Positions 61,570 to 64,000 of a stretch of 64,000 nt of DNA are shown here, piece after piece. The translations under genes and the position numbers were made by a program. Every line of letters starts with the position of its first letter. Positions within the stretch are counted from its first letter, which is position 1. Source of the stretch: Callorhinchus milii (Eukaryota); NCBI RefSeq assembly GCF_018977255.1, contig NW_024704743.1, forward strand, positions 124,001-188,000, read 5' to 3'. The notes below the pieces were generated by a model. The model was not told where the DNA came from. It worked only from the letters and a program-made list of their open reading frames with translations, and made no database searches.

Positions 61570-62124
61570 TCATGTTTTGTTGAGGGTCCACAGGGGGTCG
61601 AGCAGGTTGAGGGGGTCTGCGCTGGCCGGGCGAGGCTGCAGACTCTGGCCGCTGGGGGGCTGCAGGAAGTTCTCCTTGCTGATCTTCTGCCTGTTCCTGG
61701 GGTTGGAGTCCATAGCGAAGGCCTCTGCGGTGAGCGAGGCCAGGAGGTCCAGCGAGGAGGCCCTGCTGTTGTCCCCCTCCTCACCGCCGGGGCCCTGGGG
61801 GGCTAGCGGGGGGGTCTCGGGCCCCCTGGCCTCCGCGGGAGGCGGGTCTGGGACGCTGGTGGAGGCAGTAGGGGCGGTGGTCAGCTCCTGCGCTGTCCCC
61901 TCGGCGCTCAGTGGGTCAGTGCTCGGCCAGTCCAGCCACGTAGCGGGGCCCGGCTCCAGGGTAGGTCTGACCTCCCCTCCCAGGGCTCTGACTTCTCCCC
62001 CCGCGCCCCCCGGCCCCCCCGCCGCTGCAGACCTGATGCTCAGCTTGGCGATGGTGGCCTGGATGGAACTGATGGGCAAATCTCCTCCCAGCACCAAGTC
62101 CTGGGATTCCTGACGAGCGTAAAC
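61570..62124 (-). CDS. PTPN23: PTPN23 terminal coding exon
   Basis: tttcag|VYARQESQDLVLGG...DPLWTLNKT*. Confidence 0.95.
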   Translation of the reverse strand, partial: VYARQESQDLVLGGDLPISSIQATIAKLSIRSAAAGGPGGAGGEVRALGGEVRPTLEPGPATWLDWPSTDPLSAEGTAQELTTAPTASTSVPDPPPAEARGPETPPLAPQGPGGEEGDNSRASSLDLLASLTAEAFAMDSNPRNRQKISKENFLQPPSGQSLQPRPASADPLNLLDPLWTLNKT

Positions 62125-64000
62125 CTGAAACAACAACACGTTACACCTACACAGAGCCTCTCATGTCGGGAGGACGTCCCACAGCGCGGGACAAGTCAGG
62201 GATTTGGACCCGACTCAGCGTGGGTGGGTGGGTGGGTGGGTGGGTGGGTGGGTGGGTGAGTGGAGCAGTGAGAGTGAGCTGGTACCTTCTGAGCTGAGCT
62301 GCCGGTGGCTTTGCTGGTCGCTGTCGTGACTCCGTGCCTCTGTAGCACTTGCTCCACGTGTTTCAGCAACACCTCGTAACAGAACTTCAGGTGGAGCTGC
62401 CGGTCAGGAAACACAGCGGCCGTGACGAGAACATTCCCTTCACACCCCGTCGCCTCCCTCCCTCCCTCCCCCCCACCACCCACCACCCACCGCTTACCCA
62501 CCAACCCACCACCCGCTGCCTCCGCTCGACCGGCTCCGGCCTCCTGCTCGTCCCTCGTGTCCTCCGCTCCACCATTGGTGGCCGGGCTTTCAGCCACTAC
62601 CCTCCATCACTCTGGAACCCTCTCCCTCTGGTCCCTCCGCCTCGCTCCAATCCTTCCCCATCTTCCGGTCGCGCCTGAAGACCTTCCTATTCGACCAGTG
62701 CCTACGGTCACCTCCCCCCTCCCCCCACCCCCGGCTCGGCAGGTGAGGATCTTGAATTTGATCCGTTGGGTGATTGGGAGCTGGTGGAGCCCGGCGAGCG
62801 AGGGGTGGAGGGAGGGAGGGAGGGAGGGAGTGAGCGAGGGAGGGAGTGAGTGAGTAAGTGAGCGAGGGAGCGAGTGAGCAAGGGAGTGAGGGAGGGAGGG
62901 AGCAAGGGAGTGAAGGAGGGAGGGAGCAAGGGAGTGAGTAAGCGAGCGAGGGAGTGAGGTGAGTGAGGTGAGTGAGCGAGGGAGCAAGGGAGTGAGTGAG
63001 TGAGTGAGTGAGCAAGGGAGTGAGGGAGGGAGGGAGGGAGCGCCGCTCACCTTCTCGTAAAGCATGTGTTTGCGTTGCTGTCTCATCTTCCTGATGATCC
63101 GGAGCAGGTCCGGGATCCCGTTCCCGGCCTCCACCTCCTGCAGCGCTGCGTACAGCAGACAGAAGCCCCCCGTCCTCCCCACCCCAGAGCTGCCAACACA
63201 CAGCACACAGTCAGTTCATCATCATCATCTCAACTTCCCTCTGCATCACACACGCACACACACGCACACACACACACGCACGCACACGCACGCACACGAA
63301 ACTCCAGTTTAAACAGCTTTACACAGAGGCCACAGGGAGGCAATCGACGAAGGAAGGAAAGCTCACCTGCAGTGAACGACGATGGGCGTATGGAGGGGTC
63401 GCTGGTGGAGATAATGTGCGTGAACCTCCTGGATAAACCGCAGCAAGTTACTCTTGCTGTCAGGCAGCCCCCTGGGGGAGGGAGGGAAGGAGAGGAGACA
63501 CACGTCATCACACAGCGATGGGATTTGGGCCATAACCCACACCAATATCACAGCGAATAACAGACTCAACAACTTGAGTCTGACATGAGGTCCCGGAGCA
63601 CTCGACAGTGGCGGAGTCTGACCCCGAGCCGGGGGGAGAGAGAGGGGGGGGGGAACCGTAAGCACCATCAAAAAGGAAGGTCTTCAGGTGGGTTTTGTAG
63701 GTGGGGCGGGAGTGGGGGGATTGAGGGAGAGAGTTACAGTATTTCGGGGCGTATCGCCTGAAGGAATGGCCACCGATGGTTGAGCGGAGGGGAACGAGGA
63801 ACGAACAGGAGCCAGGAGCGGAGGCAGCGGGTGGGGGAGTGGTGGGGCGGGTAAGCAGGTCAGAGAGGGAGGGAGGGAGGGAGGTGCCGGGGCGCGAAGG
63901 GGTTTGAAATCGAGTGAGAGGGTCTTGCTCACAGCTCGGGCCACGAGGTGAACTGAAGGTGGATGATGGTGCGTTTGAGGCTCTGCTCCCGGTACTGGAG
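61570..64000 (-). CDS. PTPN23: Tyrosine-protein phosphatase non-receptor type 23 (HD-PTP), 5'-partial; complement(join(61570..62124,62286..62396,63051..63189,63367..63471,63933..64000))
   Basis: WPELGLPDS...IVVHCSSGVGRTG...QDLVLGGDLPISSIQATIAKLSIR...LLDPLWTLNKT* matches the recalled PTPN23 C-terminus. Confidence 0.97.
62286..62396 (-). CDS. PTPN23: PTPN23 coding exon
   Basis: LHLKFCYEVLLKHVEQVLQRHGV...AQK. Confidence 0.95.
62805..63040. repeat. GA-rich tandem repeat (GAGG/GAGT/GAGCAAGG) in a PTPN23 intron
   Basis: Seen directly. Confidence 0.9.
63051..63189 (-). CDS. PTPN23: PTPN23 coding exon
   Basis: SGVGRTGGFCLLYAALQEVEAGNGIPDL...RKHMLYEK. Confidence 0.95.
63367..63471 (-). CDS. PTPN23: PTPN23 coding exon
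   Basis: GLPDSKSNLLRFIQEVHAHYLHQRPLHTPIVVHC. Confidence 0.95.
63933..64000 (-). CDS. PTPN23: PTPN23 coding exon, cut by the window edge
   Basis: LQYREQSLKRTIIHLQFTSWPE then CT|gtgagc. Confidence 0.93.

Noticed and set aside
61466..62113. 215-aa plus-strand ORF
   Set aside because: Antisense shadow of the GC-rich PTPN23 last exon

Overview
Eukaryotic vertebrate DNA, most likely a cartilaginous fish and probably a chimaera; this is inferred from the repeat content (Deu-type tRNA SINEs, L2, CR1). The window holds the ELP6-SCAP-PTPN23 block, a gene order also seen at human 3p21. ELP6 (+): last five coding exons, 948-4929. SCAP (+): CpG-island promoter near 6.2-7.0 kb, a ~24 kb first intron and 22 coding exons at 31224-56820 that splice to 3948 nt (1315 aa), with a candidate poly(A) signal at 58641. 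PTPN23/HD-PTP (-): last five coding exons, 64000-61570, convergent with SCAP. Introns contain roughly 45 copies or fragments of one tRNA-Ala-like SINE, many L2 3' ends, one young 5'-truncated L2 with an unbroken RT frame, CR1 and Penelope-like remnants, MITE-like elements and simple repeats. The best leads are an antisense MRPL19 retrocopy in SCAP intron 1, two uORFs just ahead of the SCAP start, a miR-33 8mer in the SCAP 3'UTR, a SINE subfamily carrying the L2 tail loop, L2 tails serving as splice acceptors, and an unassigned repeat family. I found no self-evident new multi-gene system. Most ORF-track entries are repeat noise. Protein comparisons use recalled human sequences, not database searches, and repeat boundaries are approximate.
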